In this document: positions 1-13,314 of the stretch, piece after piece
Layout: each line of letters opens with the position of its first letter
Position numbering within the stretch: position 1 is the stretch's first letter
NCBI GenBank assembly: GCA_024137785.1
Contig: JAHRHZ010000115.1
Span: 2,572,478-2,636,477 of the forward strand
Length of the DNA: 64,000 bases
Reading direction: 5' to 3'
DNA from: Ginglymostoma cirratum
Taxonomy: Eukaryota
Notes under the pieces: model-generated
What the model was told of the DNA's origin: nothing
The model's input: the letters and a program-made list of their open reading frames with translations, nothing else
The model's database searches: none
Made by a program: the position numbers and the translations under genes

Positions 1-365
1 CCGCAAAGAAGCGATTTCTGGCAAAATCTGCTTTATCCTCATAGCCATTGGCACTTCTCAACAGTATATACTCGGGCTGTGTGCCTGGGTGCTGCCGGTA
101 CCAGTATAATCTATAGGAAGTTAATGTAGTATCATAGGTACAGCTTAGCATCATCGTCTCTCCTTCTGTCCGAACAACTGAGGAGACTGACTGAGTAACA
201 GAATCTCCATGACACAAGTCTGAAAGAGAAAACAGAAATTAATTGCAAAGTGTCAGACTGGGCTCAGTTTAAACTATTATTTGATAAAGAAATACAAATT
301 GGATTTCATCTACATTAACCTGTTAGAATGGCTGCCCACACAATCCAGATACTGAGTTGCTGCAT
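1..365 (-). CDS. TRAV/TRDV: TCR alpha/delta V gene V1 (leader exon 365-320, V exon 219-<1, truncated by window edge)
   Basis: Leader MQQLSIWIVWAAILT(G) with GT donor, then tttcag acceptor. V exon reads LCHGDSVTQSVSSVVRTEGETMMLSCTYDTTLTSYRLYWYRQHPGTQPEYILLRSANGYEDKADFARNRFF, with first Cys and WYRQ. Paralogous to V2-V4. RSS lies outside the window. Confidence 0.93.
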
Positions 366-1774
366 TGCTTCTGTCCTCTGCGTAACAGGGCATTTGGATA
401 CTTGAAGACACTCATTCTAATAACCCGCTGTGAGTTAAATGCTGACGTGTGTCTGGATGTTCCAACCTCACTGCCTAGTATGGGTATGTGGGCGGGAGGA
501 AGACAACAGACTTTCTGTGAATTGATGCATGCCGACCTGGGTTACAGTGACTACATTTTAATTGGAGGTGCGAGAATTCTGGTAGATTAATTTCCATCCG
601 TGATATGCAATTCCCTAGATTCACTGTACCCTTTACTATCCAACTCTCTTCTTTTCTTTTCCTGTCCCATTTCTCCAATTTACGTTTATTCTTGTTCTTA
701 ACCAGTTTAGGGCTGTCTACATATTGCATACACCATCCACACGATTCCACCCTTTATGTAAGCATTGCAGACCCACAAACTGTCTCCTCTAAAATTTCAA
801 TTATATCTTCCATATCACTGGGGTCATTCCCGACCTTATCCAGCAGTAGTCAATAACGAGTGACGGATGATTGGTTACGAACTGATATTTTGACTTTTCT
901 GCTCCTCTGATGCTGTCCGACTTGCTTTGTTCCTCCAGCTCCACACTTTATTGACTTTGACTTGCGGCATCTCCAGCTCTTGCTATCTCCTTATCGAATA
1001 ATATTTCTGATACAATTTTTACCATATTCTCCTTTATTCTGGGCCTCTTTTCCTGTTTATCTATCCTAGGGCCCAATATTATCGCACTCTCTCGCTGTTA
1101 CTTCCTTTCAACATTCATTGTGAAGCTCATTCACCACTTTCATCTTATCCACTGAAGGTAATTTCCTCACTCACTGAACACAGAGAGTTCACAGAACATG
1201 ATCCATGCTACATATGAATCCCGTTAAATTAGAAACCTTTGGTTCTAGCATTATGTGTGTTGTGTGTGTGTGTGTGTGTGTATGCGCGTGCATGCGTGTG
1301 AGGGAGAGAGAGAGAGTATGTGTATCTCTCTGTGCAATGGGTGAAATTTGTTAGGGCTTTCACTGATTGTAAAAGGATCAAATCGTCTCTGCATTACATG
1401 TCAAATTGTTTTTAAAGTGATGCAACGTCTCCCCCTGATGGTAGCCTGAAGCTGTTCAAGTAAATATTGCGAAACGTCCAGGTCATCAGTCAGAGGGAGA
1501 GCAGCAGCAGCAACAGCAGCATTCAATCTGACAGCTGAATCAGCATACACACGCANNNNNNNNNNNNNNNNNNNNNNNNNNNNNNNNNNNNNNNNNNNNN
1601 NNNNNNNNNNNNNNNNNNNNNNNNNNNNNNNNNNNNNNNNNNNNNNNNNNNNNNNNNNNNNNNNNNNNNNNNNNNNNNNNNNNNNNNNNNNNNNNNNNNN
1701 GAGTTGACCAACTCTAATATCAGAGTTGGAATTATAAAGACGATCAGTGAGGATAAAATAAATGTACAAAAAAT

Positions 1775-2390
1775 ACAGCACAGGAACAGGCCCATTGGTC
1801 CTAAAAGTCTGTGCTGACTCAGTTGTCCCTTCCATACGAAAACTGTCTGCACTCTCAGTATTAGTATCTCGCTATTTACTTCCTAATGATTCATTTGTCC
1901 AGGTGCTTCTTGAATGCTGTATTTGTGTCTGTTTCCACCACCTCCTCTGACTGTGCATCCCTTTGTGTGAAAAACCTGCCTCACACATCTCTTTTAAACT
2001 TTCCCCCGACACTCTCCCCTCACACCTTGAACCTGTGTCCCCTATAAACTAACCCCTCCACCCTGGGAAAAAGCCTCTCAATTTCTACCCTATCTATGTC
2101 ATTCACAATCTTATAAAAATCTATCAGGTCGTCCCACAACGTTCTGTGCTCTGGAGAAGACAAACCCACTCTATCCAACCTTTATTCATATCTAAAATCC
2201 ATCTTGCCACGCAACAACCTGAAATTTGTATGCACCCTCCCCAAAACATCCACATCTTTCTGGTAGTGTGGTGACCGGAACTGCACGCAATATTCCAAGT
2301 GTACACTCAATGATCCCCCCAATGAATGCAAGCATGCCATAGGTCTTTTATTGTTACTTTCTCTACCTGGGCTGCCACCTCTGATCTGTG
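1775..2390 (-). mobile_element. CR1-type LINE 3' fragment
   Basis: Degenerate similarity to the C-terminal/3' region of the CR1-type copies at 15.8-18.8 kb and 61.8-63.9 kb. Confidence 0.65.
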
Positions 2391-2974
2391 GACCTGAGCA
2401 CTTAATGTTTAAAATATTAGAGACAATCAGAAACTATGTTCACAGGGGTGACAGAAGTTTGGACCTCCTCCAGCAAACTGTAGTTGATGTTGGCTATTAT
2501 CAATTATCTGCATATCAATCAAGTTCTGTCAGATTTTACATGTTACAATTCAATCACGTCTGACTCTTCCAAATTCAAGAACATGCAAGTTCATGCTATT
2601 TGGACTTTTCGTGTCTACCTCAAACTTGAACATATTTATTACCCACTCACTGTGGTAAATAATTCAACATACTTTTTTCCTCGAGAGAATGAAATGGCTC
2701 CTCATTTCTAACTTGAGTGTGTGTCTCCTTATTCTGAGATTATGCCTTCTGCTCCTGGATTCTCCCATTAAGGGAAATAACATTTTCGCGGCTACCCCAT
2801 CAAGTTTTCATCACACACCTTTAGAGCATATGGAATTTACAGGTGTTTCTCCTGAGTCAAAGGTAGGTACATTACCACATCTTTCAAGATCACTTCACGC
2901 ATCCCCATGATACATTTATATTATCATGATGTGGATAAACAGGATGTACTTTCCTCGCACTCATTTCTCTGCAA

Positions 2975-3322
2975 TTGCTTAGTCTGATTATTGCTGCCTG
3001 TTAATTTAGAGACCCAGGTCATGTGCTGTGTACCAGAGTTCAAATCCCATCCCAGCAGATGGCAGAGTTTGAATTCAATAATTGTCCGGATTTAACAGTT
3101 TATTGATAACCGTGAAACCATAGTCGATTGTCAGAGGAACTCGTCTGGTTCACTAATGTCCTTTAGAGACAGAATCTAACATTCCTACCTGGCCTGGCCT
3201 GCATGTGACTCCAGGCACACAGCCAATGTGGTTGACTCTCAACTGCCCTCTTGGAAACTGTGGAAGGGCAATAAACGCTGGTCAAAACAGAGACGACCTC
3301 ATTCCATGAACGAATGAAAAGA
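2975..3322 (+). mobile_element. tRNA-derived SINE
   Basis: B-box-like gagttcaaatccc; body and tail shared with copies at 23055-23345 (+) and 61083-61440 (-). Confidence 0.75.
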
Positions 3323-5168
3323 AAACTCCAGCCCTGGTGTAACACAAGCTAATTTTATGTTACATTGATAGGGTTCAAATGGGAGCGGATAGCCACCAGC
3401 GACTCCAGGATTGGAGATGAATACTTTGTCTGCTTTTTGTAACAAGCAAATCAAGAATTTCAGCACGTTTTCCAGCATTAGGTTGCCAGTTGAAGCACAA
3501 CCTGCCAATTTAGAATGTCACTTGGAGTCTGTTTTAAGAATCCGCTGCATTACATTGTAACATCTGTGAATTGTGTAGAAACTATCCCCGATCCAGAAAC
3601 TCACACTGAGCAAACACAACCGCTTAACACCAGATTGTTACTCCTGGACGCTAACATGGGAGATGTGGAATGAACTGTTCTGAATGACAAGCAGGTAAAC
3701 AACGAGAAACAAAGGACAAAAAACATATAGGATATCGCCTGTGAATATATGAATGTCAGGTGGAATTGCCATTTGACAGTAGCAAAGGCTGCACACTGTC
3801 CCCATTTGTGAGTTGATGATGCTGTCACTTTGAATGCTGCTATTCTCCTATTGTTGTATCCCCGATGATTTCGACCTTCCACTTGTGCTGTAACAGACAT
3901 CCGCCAGAAGAGGGCGGCATTCATCGGGCTCAACGGAAGGGAATTCGGCAAAGAAAGAGACGACTGTTTTTTTATCGATTCATTCATTATCACCCTAGCA
4001 GTCAATTTATCTCACAAAGCGACAGTCAGCTGTTCCTGGGATCATATTAGATCCGTAAGACAACGCTCCAGGTGAAAGTTTCTACTCTTTTGAATTCGTT
4101 CCCAGTCACACATTCAGACAGACAGAACAATACACAGCAGAACACATCAAACTAAACACGCAAAGATCTCAAAGCAAATATGCAGAACAAAATGTTCTTA
4201 CTCGCGCACACGTACACAATAAAACTAACATCTGCATGCACAGGCGGAAACAAAATTCCAGGTCATTGCATTTTGTTTAGGTTGTGGGTGGAAGTGTAAC
4301 AACTGCACTTCCTGCTGTGGCCTGTTGTGCACTATAGAGAAGAGAGCCATTGTTCATTTCTGTTTTGCACTCCTATCAATAGGACATGAAGTTGGATTTG
4401 CAATTAACGTTATTTATCCTCAAGATGAATGTAATTGTCAGGTGAGTTACACTTTAGATTTTCCCCTTCAACCATCATGTGATGTTTACAGATTTCCGTT
4501 ATGAGACAGCATCATTACTGGGTTTATTAAAGATATCCTTCAGTATTGAGTCGTGTGAGGTAAGCAAAAAAAATTGGCAGCACCTTCCAAACCAATGGCC
4601 ACTTCCATCTGGAACGACAAGGGCAGCTGATAGATGGGAACAACGTTAACGGCAAGTTCTCCTCCAAGTCACTCACCACACTGTCTTGGAAATATATCAC
4701 GGTTCCTTCAGTGTTGCTGGGTCAAAACCCTGTACTCCACTTTGTAATGGCTACTTGTGCCTACCTCCATAGCAAGGGTTATGGCCATTTGAAAAGACAG
4801 CTCACCAACACCATTACCATGGGTAATAGGGATAGGCAACAAGCACTTTGCCAGCTAGCGATGCTCACATCTCCACAGGCGCCAAATCACCCAATAGCTA
4901 ATAACATCATTGGAACATCAAGTCGAGGCATTTTCTCAGAGTGAATGTTGAGAAGCGAAGATTCAGACATATGGTTAGATAACGTGAATGGTGTAAATAT
5001 CTTTTATTACCGACAGACTGAAAAGCCTAGGGGTGAGAAAAGAACATACTTTATTTAAAAATAGTGAAAAGTAACAGGGTGTCTGAACATACACCAGGAT
5101 ATACCTATTTGAATGAATGGCCAATTGCCCCTTTGGGAAATGCAATATGTTTCTCAGGATCTGGATGT

Positions 5169-5535
5169 TTGCACCCTTCTCTCCTCACATCATTTCTTCC
5201 ATGAGGTTTGACTCCATGTTACAGATCTCCTGGCTAAAAAGCCGTTCACACAGTCTCCTCCAGCATTGATGGCTGTGCAAGGTTCCTCAGTGACAATGAA
5301 CTGCAGCACCAGCACTTTGCTCAGCTCCTTGAAGTGGTACCGGTGGTGTGACAGAAGGGAGGCACAGCTTCTGATCATCACCTCGGGCAGCGTAGTCAAA
5401 GCAGTAAGGATTCTATCCAATCTTCACCAGGAACAGGAATACAGCACTTGGACCATCAAAGACAGCAGGAGGAAGAATGCCACCATCTGCCTCTGTGAAG
5501 TGAGCTTCACTGAGACATTGCCCAATACAGAAATA
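5169..5535 (+). pseudogene. Divergent TCR V pseudogene psiV-a (dead leader 5169-5217, V exon 5225-5507, RSS-like 5508-5535)
   Basis: V exon reads LLAKKPFTQSPPALMAVQGSSVTMNCSTSTLLSSLKWYRW...TWTIKDSRRKNATICLCEVS: Cys/Trp/Cys kept, DxxxYYC motif degenerate. Leader has ATG>TTG and TGA at 5202-5204. Heptamer CACTGAG, 12-bp spacer, nonamer ACAGAAATA. Confidence 0.85.
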
Positions 5536-6328
5536 TTGGTGAGATGGGAGTTATACTGACAGCCTCGCCATCGTGGCTATAACAACCTTACAGGGGAGCA
5601 GCAATAGCTGAGTGAGAATGAACTTTGTGCAGCTTCAACGTTCAATTTGGAACTATTACATTGATCAAAACCAGTCAAAATTTGGGATTTTCTAAACAAA
5701 CTGTTCAAGATATCATTCAGAGGTTTCAACCAGGTGAATCTAGAAACCACACCTATTTATCCTCGAGCTAGAGACACTACCATCGCACATCAGTGACCCA
5801 CTAGGAATCTCAAATGTAACTCACCTGGGTGACTATTCAGGATAATGAAGGTAATCAATGTTAATTGCACCTCCATCTGCATGTCCTTTTGACAGGAGTA
5901 CAACTCTGAACTGAACAGCGGATCACCTCTATGTGGTGTTCAGCAAGGCAGAGCGCAAAGTGTAGTTGTTATACATCTACACGCAATAACCGAAATGCAA
6001 AGACCCGGGATCTCTTACACAGTACATTAGTTACCCTAAGAGAACAATAGTGGAATCAGTAACGAGAGTAACCACTGTGAAAATGTAGTTGGAAAGAAAA
6101 CTTCCAAGAAAACTTGAGATTAAAGGCAATGTCATGATTTTTTTTTTGCTTCAACGTCGTGTCTCCAACCAAATTGATTCTGAGTTCACTGATACACAGA
6201 CAAACCAAAAGAGTGAGAGAATGAAGGTGAAACTCAGAGACACGCCTGCAGCAGGTGATAAAGATGGAACTGAGTGCCCATAGAAAAACAAACAGGGCAG
6301 ATCTATACATATGAGACTGTGGTGATAC

Positions 6329-7113
6329 TGAGATGTTAATGGGATAACATCCCGTTGATTTCTATATTCTCTATAAATTAATGTTCTTTATCTGCTTACA
6401 CAGAGGTATGCAGGCACTGCCTTAAAACTTCCTGCCCAACTAGAATTAGGTGTAAAACTTTGTAAATTCTTATCTTTCTATACATAAGTACAAAAGACAC
6501 TGCCTTAAGCTTCCTGCCTGAATAGAATTAGGTGAAAACTTTGTAAATCTTTATTTTCCTGCGCAGGGGTATGTGTAAGCTGTCTCAAATAAGATTAGGT
6601 GGCAACGTTTGTAAAAGTGTGAGACTTCTGAAAACCTGTAAAGAATGTAACTTCTGTTTCTGCTAAAGGGGCCAAGACACTGATCTTTGTTCAAGCCAGA
6701 CACTTCGGAAGCTTGAAATTACATTCTGTCTCTTTGGCAACTTGAAATCGCCTCCTGCCGTTAGCAGTCACTTTGCGAAAGATCGATACTGTATCCTGCT
6801 TTCTTTATGTTTTCGATGTAGTAATTGTCTGTGTATCATGTCATTGTCCGATGTAGTGCTTGCTTCATGTAACATGCCATTGTGAGATGTAAAATTGCTT
6901 TATGTACTATGCACTCGATAAGGTATGAAAAGTGCGGACTGTCCGCTGCTCCGGGAGAATCGCTTACGAGAGTCTGCACTCTGTGCCGGTTTGAGTACAG
7001 TGATCCTCCACAGCTTGTACTTGCTTTGTAATAAGGGATCTATGTTTTTCTAAACTGGTCAGTGTCTTGTTATTGCATCAAGTCCGTGAGGGTCTCCAAA
7101 AACGAACCTAACA
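6329..7113. mobile_element. Solo LTR (785 bp)
   Basis: TG...CA termini, 4-bp target-site duplication ATAC (6325-6328 and 7114-7117), internal ~80-bp tandem repeats; absent from the paralogous blocks at ~21170 and ~26480. Confidence 0.8.
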
Positions 7114-7242
7114 ATACTGGCAGTGATACCGAGAAAAACCAGGAGAGGGAGATTGATACGAAGTACAGTGCAGGTGCAGTGCCTATAATTTCATTGTTAT
7201 GCTGAGCATTCAAGCAATGCAACATGCACACAAACAGTCAAA

Positions 7243-7280
<38 letters not shown>

Positions 7281-7925
7281 CTCTCTCTCCCTCTCTCTCT
7301 CTCTCAAAAGCACACAGCTAAACACGTACATTTACATAAACACTCATAGAACCAGACACATGGACACACATATTCACAAAAACGCTCCCACAAACGTATA
7401 CACATGCATACATACAGACACACACGCACACACACACACACACGCACACACAGGGCCAATTGCCATGCTGCGTTCGAAGCTGATAGGTACAGTTTTGTGT
7501 GATGACAGGATTGATGCAACATCCCTCAAAACAATCAAACCAAAATCATCATCCATTCTAAAACCCCGCCCTCAGCAAACAGCTGTGGTGTGTCTGTATG
7601 GTCTTCTCCCACTACTTTGTGTGGGAGATGAGAATGGGAATCTCTGAGAAGGAGAGCTGCCTCCCACACTACTGTCTACAAATCACAGGACTGCAAATTG
7701 TTGGTTGTGAGAATTAGAATGGGTGTGCTCACATGTCGTTCTGTGTCTGTGTGTAGGCTCAGGGTTTATTGCAGTTTATTTTCTCAGCATCTCAGGGAAA
7801 CAGTTTGGTGACTGTTTGATGCTAGGTTGGTTTGGTTTCCTCACGGTGTTTGATTAGGCTCCTGAAAGCACATAGTAACTTCCCGATAATTTGCAAAAAC
7901 CTCACTAAATCGATCTATCTAAGGC

Positions 7926-7964
7926 AGTTTTTGTACAGGGGAGAGACCATTTATCATCACTGTG
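7926..7964 (-). promoter_or_regulatory. 23-RSS of V2
   Basis: CACAGTG, 23-bp spacer, ACAAAAACT on the minus strand. Confidence 0.97.
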
Positions 7965-8419
7965 CCAGTGAGAGCGCAGTAATACACAGCAGTGTCAGTC
8001 AATTCCAGCCGAGTGATAGTCAAACTGGTAAATTTCTTCCAAGTCTGAAGTTCTGCAGAGAAACGACTTTTAGCGAAATCTGCTTTATCCTCATTGGCAT
8101 TGCTATTTTTCCACAGTATATACTCGGGCTGTGTGTCTGAGTGCCGCCGGTACCAGTATAATACATGGTAGTTCCATGTAGTCTCATAGGTACAGCTTAT
8201 AGTTACCACGTCTCCTTCTGTCCGAACATCTGAGGACAGCGACTGAGTGACAGAATTGCCATGGCTCAGATCTGAAACAGAAAACAGACACCAAATGTAT
8301 TGTGTTAGGCAAGGATAAAATTAAACTACGATTTGATGAAAAAAAAAGTGAAACGCATTTCCTCCACGTCTACCTGTTAGAATTGATGCCCACATAACGC
8401 AAATGTTGAGTAGCTGCAT
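7965..8419 (-). CDS. TRAV/TRDV: TCR alpha/delta V gene V2 (leader 8419-8374, V exon 8271-7965), apparently functional
   Basis: Leader MQLLNICVMWASILT(G) with GT/AG sites. V reads LSHGNSVTQSLSSDVRTEGDVVTISCTYETTWNYHVLYWYRRH...LTDTAVYYCALTG, open frame. Confidence 0.96.
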
Positions 8420-8722
8420 TGTCGCTGTTCTCTGCGTAACAGGGCAGTTCAGGTATTTGTAGACACCCACTCTATAAGCCCCTCTCCCATTTAAAACGTT
8501 TTCTGGAGGTTCCTCCCTCACTTCCTTGAGGGGGTGGTGATGATATGCGTGCGGAAGGATAAGTGCAAACTCCTAACGATTTGACACATCCTGACCTGGA
8601 CTACAGTCACTACACTTAAATGGGAGAAGAGAGAATTCTGCTAGATTGAATTCCATATGGGATAAGCAATTCCCCAGATTCATTGCACCCTTTACTCTCA
8701 AGACACTGTTCTTCTCATTTTT

Positions 8723-11062
8723 TATCTCCCTGTCATTCTTGTCCACTATCGCTAAGGTCCGAGACGATAGCACATGGCAGAGACTGGAATAATTGTTATC
8801 TCTGGATGAGATAACCAAGGCCATTCACTCCTTAGCAAAGAACAAAACTGCCAGAAGCGACAGCTTTCCGGCCGAGTTTTATTCGGCCCTATGGGATTTG
8901 AACGGCCAAGATCTGCTGGATGTCTACAATAGTATGTTTACAGCAGGCACCATGAGCGAATACATGATGAACCATATCATCATGCTCGTCTACAAGCGGA
9001 AGATGGAGCTGGAGGAAATTAGAAATTGTCTGCCAATATCATTGCAGAATGCTTACTACAAAAACCTGTCTAAATTCATTGCCAACTGGGTCAGGTCTGC
9101 TCTGGGATCAGTGATTCAGCCCAAACAAACTTATGCTGTGCCGGACAGGACGATCTCAGAAAAACTCGTATTCTTCAGGGATACAATTGTCTACGCGCAT
9201 GACAGCGGGGTGTACGCCTGCCTCATCAGTCTGGGCCAGGAGACGACCTTGTACAGGATATCACACATGTACATCTGGGACGCGGTCTCCAAAATGGCCT
9301 TTGGGAGGGAATCTGAAATTGGATCTGGCTGCTCTACACCAACATCGTTAATGCAATTCAATCAATGGGTGGGAACCAGAAAGCTTCACGATCAGATCTG
9401 GAGTCAGACAGGGCTGCCCTCACTCTCCTGCCTTGCTTGTGTGTTTTATAGAACTGTTTGCTGAGTCCATCAGGAAGGATGCGAACCTGAGAGGGTGTCT
9501 ATTCCATGCAGCAGAGGCCTACAGTTGAATACCTCACTCCGCATGCATCGACTGTCGGTGTGCAGACTCATGAGCATCTGCGATCAGTTCAAACTGGCCT
9601 CAGGAGCCAAGGTAATTGGTGCAAAAGCGAGGCCAGGTTCTTTGGGAACTGGGATGACCGCTTCTTCATTCCCTTCACCGTCAGAACAGACTACCTGAAT
9701 GTTCTAGCAATATGGTTCTTAGGGGCTGGGGCATGCACAAAATCTTGGGAGGAGCAGGTCGCCAAAGTAAAGCAGAAACTGACCTTTTGGGAGTACTGTT
9801 CCGTCTCCATTGCAGGTAAAAACCTGGTCATCAGGTCTGAGGCAATCTCTCCGTTGTTGTACATAGCACAGGTCTGGCCCATCCTCCAAAACTGTGCTGT
9901 TTCAGTCACCTGAGCCATCTTCCATTTCGTCTGGAAGCCTAAAGTAGATCGGGTCTGCAGGGACTCAATTTACAAAACTCAGGATAAGGGGGTGGTGAAT
10001 GTACCAATGTTGCCCTCATCCTAATAGCCACCTTTGCATATGGCTGCATCAAGCTGTGCAGAGACCATCAGTAAGCAAACACCAAGTGTCACTACATATT
10101 GAGGTCCTCCTTGTCCCCTGTGTTGCAAAGGGTGGGACTGGCCTCGCTGCTGTGGAACTCCCCAGTCAGACTATACTGTATCATCTGACCCCCATGGAGA
10201 AATTTGCAAAGAAAAACACCTTTGACCACAAATCCATCAGGAACTGGTCAGCACATGGTGTCCACGAAACCCTACGGGAAAAGGAGTTTGGACCTGTTGC
10301 TTGGTTCCCTGAGAAGGCTGTCAATGTCACTTGGCACAATGTCTCATCACTAAAACCTTCCAACAAACACCAGGACATTGCTTAGCTGGTGGTCAGAAGG
10401 GCATTACGCATAAGATCCTTTGTGTACACCCAGGCAGTCTGCACCACCACATCCTCTCCTTGAAGCAGATGCGTGAGGTGTTGAGACTGCCACACATCTC
10501 TGGCTGGAGTGTGCCTTTGCAGAGGAAGTCTGCCATGGTTTGTGTCGACACTCTCACCGAGCAGATCCGTGATGTACTAATCTATGCTTTATCGTCTGTT
10601 CCCTGGGACGCCCACCGAGACAAAAAGCGCTTTGAGGACTATCAACTCAGTGACAGACGCTCTTTGGTCTGCTTGAAACTTGTTTGTCTTCCAGAACAAG
10701 GAATTGGCCCAATCGAGGGTTGCAGACTGGCATATTCCAAGGTCCAGGACTACATGCTGAGGGACGCACCAAAACTTGGGGAAACTGCCACCAAAGCACA
10801 GTTGGGAAATACCACCCAGGTCTTCCTGCTGAAGATAAATGGGGGTCTGTTCAGTTATCGGACCAACCTAGTGTGTCAAATATGTGTAATTATTAGTATT
10901 GTTTGAGTAACAGAGGTCTTGGGTTTTGTGGATAGCCAAACCCTAATGTTTTCTGTTTACTTGACATGCAACTGTGCAGGACCAAATTACTTTTGTGTCA
11001 ATGTATATATAAAAAGTGATGTTTTTAATGAATAAGGTATATTTTGATATGAAAGAAAAAAA
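8723..11062 (+). mobile_element. 5'-truncated L1/Tx1-clade LINE with degenerate ORF2 reverse transcriptase
   Basis: Fragmented RT (KTARSDSFPAEFY..., GVRQGCPLSP-like region), A-rich tail, ~20-bp target-site duplication acactgttcttctcattttt (8703-8722) / acgctgttcttttcgttttt (11063-11082). Confidence 0.88.
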
Positions 11063-11542
11063 ACGCTGTTCTTTTCGTTTTTCCTCTGCTGCACTTCTCC
11101 AATTGACGCCAGTTCTTGTTCTTAACTAGTTTAAGGCTGCCTCCAAGTTGTCAACGCTACCCCTGGGAATTCCAACCCACACGTACAGCTGGATGACCCC
11201 ACAAACTGTCCCCTCTCAAATTATAATCACACCTTCCACACCACAGGACTCAACCTCAATCTTATCCAGCAGAATCTTTCGTATCACTCTTACCTCATTC
11301 TCCTTTATTTTAGACCTCCATTGCTGCTTTTCTGTCCTCAGACTCAAGATTATAACACTCTCCGTCTCTTTGTTCCTGTCAGCATTTTTCACTGAGCTCA
11401 GTCTCACCTTCCTTCCTCGCTTCAGTGGGTGTTTTTCTGACTCACCAAATACAGAGGCCCCACAGAACAGGATTCACTCTAAATATGAATAATGTTACAG
11501 TAGCTATCTTCAGTTGAAGCACACTCAGTGTTTGCGTGTGTA

Positions 11543-11588
<46 letters not shown>

Positions 11589-12818
11589 GGTGCTGCTGTG
11601 AGATTCAATGCCGCTGTTTGCTACTGCTCTCCTTCTAACTGATTACCTTTCGATATTCGCTGTGTGCAGTTGTAGTTGCTGTGCCTGCATTTTAAGAAAT
11701 CAAATTCTCTATGGTTGCACTTCAATTGGAGTTTAAAGTGATACAATGCCACCGTCTGCTGGTGTTCTGAAGCTTCTACAAATGCCCACAGTGAAAGTTG
11801 CTAGGGAATCAGTCAGAGGGAGAGCAGCAACAGACATCAGCATCCAATCTTACAGCAGCATCAGTACACATGCACACTGTAAGTGTTGGAATTAGAGGTG
11901 CCCAGTGTAAAGATTACAGATGGGGTAAATGTGGGAATTGCAAAGAGGGTGAGTTTGCAAAAACGGACATGGGCATGGACTAGAGATTCACCAAACCAAG
12001 TCCTCTCAGGATTTGTATGTTTCAATTCAACCATATGTGACCCTTGCAATCTCCAGAGAATACAGGCCCAGACGATCTAGCCTTTCCATGTCTATCTCGC
12101 ATTTGAACATATTTATCACCCAGAATCTGAGGCAAATAATTTCACGGACCTTTCCTCCTCTGAGAGAAGAAATGCCTCCTCATTTCTAACTTCAATGAGT
12201 GACTCTTTATTCTGAGATTCTTCATCTGCTCCCAGCTTCTCCAACGGGGAAAATACTTTTTCAGCCTCTGTTCTGTCACATTTTCATTGGAAACCTCTCG
12301 ATCATATGGGAGTTGAGGTGTCCCACCTGACTCAGGTAGGGACGCTACGACAATGTCACAGGCTGCCTCCACGCAGCTTGCTTACACACTGATGAATTAT
12401 TTTGATGTGGATAAACTCAAAGAATGTTTGCTCACATTCATTTCTCTCCAGACCTCCAGCCCAAGAACAAGACAAACTAATTTTGTATTATATTCATGCA
12501 CATTAATCGGAATGGTTAGAAACTTGAGACTCTAAGATAGGGGATGAATGTCCACGAAAAAAATCAAGAAATTAGGCATTTTTTTCCCTGTATTGGGAAG
12601 ACACCTGAAGTACAACATGAAATTCTGACATCATTATGGTCTGTGTCTGTGCACATGCTCACAGCCGGTTGTTGATTTTCTCAGCAGCTCAGGTGACAGT
12701 TTGATATGAGACTAGTGTGGTTTTCTCTCGGTCTGAATTGGAACTCTTGAAAACACATAGTAACATCTGGAGATTCTGTGAAAGCTCCGGTATGTAGATC
12801 AATCTATGATCCAAATGT

Positions 12819-12857
12819 AGTTTTTGTACAGAAGGGAGGCTGTATTTCATCACTGGG
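12819..12857 (-). promoter_or_regulatory. 23-RSS of V3 with mutated heptamer
   Basis: CCCAGTG (CAC lost), 23-bp spacer, ACAAAAACT. Confidence 0.92.
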
Positions 12858-13314
12858 AGGTTCTGGAAAGCACAGTAATACATGGCAGTGTCAGTCAGCT
12901 GTAGCCATGAGATCGTCAAACTGGTGAATTTCTTCCACTTCCGAAGTTCTACAGAGAATCGATTTTTAACAAAATTTGCTTTATCACCATAGCCAGCAGT
13001 ACTTTTCCACAGTATATACTCGAACTGCTTGTCTGGGTGCTGTCGGTACCAGTATAATATATAGTTGCTCAATGTAGTATCATAGGTACAGCTTAGAGTA
13101 ACTGCTTCTCCTTCTGTGCCAATGTCTGAGGAGAGTGACTGAGTGACAGAATCTCCACGACACAGGTCTGAAAAGGGAAACAGACATCAATTCAAAATTG
13201 TCGAACTGGTCTCAGTTTAAACCTTGACTTGAAAAAGGAAATACAAAATGGATTTCCTCCTCATTTACCTGCTAGAATTGCTCCCCACATGAACCAAATG
13301 CTGAGTAGCTGCAT
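12858..13314 (-). CDS. TRAV/TRDV: TCR alpha/delta V gene V3 (leader 13314-13269, V exon 13167-12858); open frame but defective RSS
   Basis: Leader MQLLSIWFMWGAILA(G). V reads LCRGDSVTQSLSSDIGTEGEAVTLSCTYDTTLSNYILYWYRQH...LTDTAMYYCAFQN. Confidence 0.94.

Noticed and set aside
2975-3322. tRNA gene
   Set aside because: A/B-box-like motifs belong to a multi-copy SINE head; no cloverleaf
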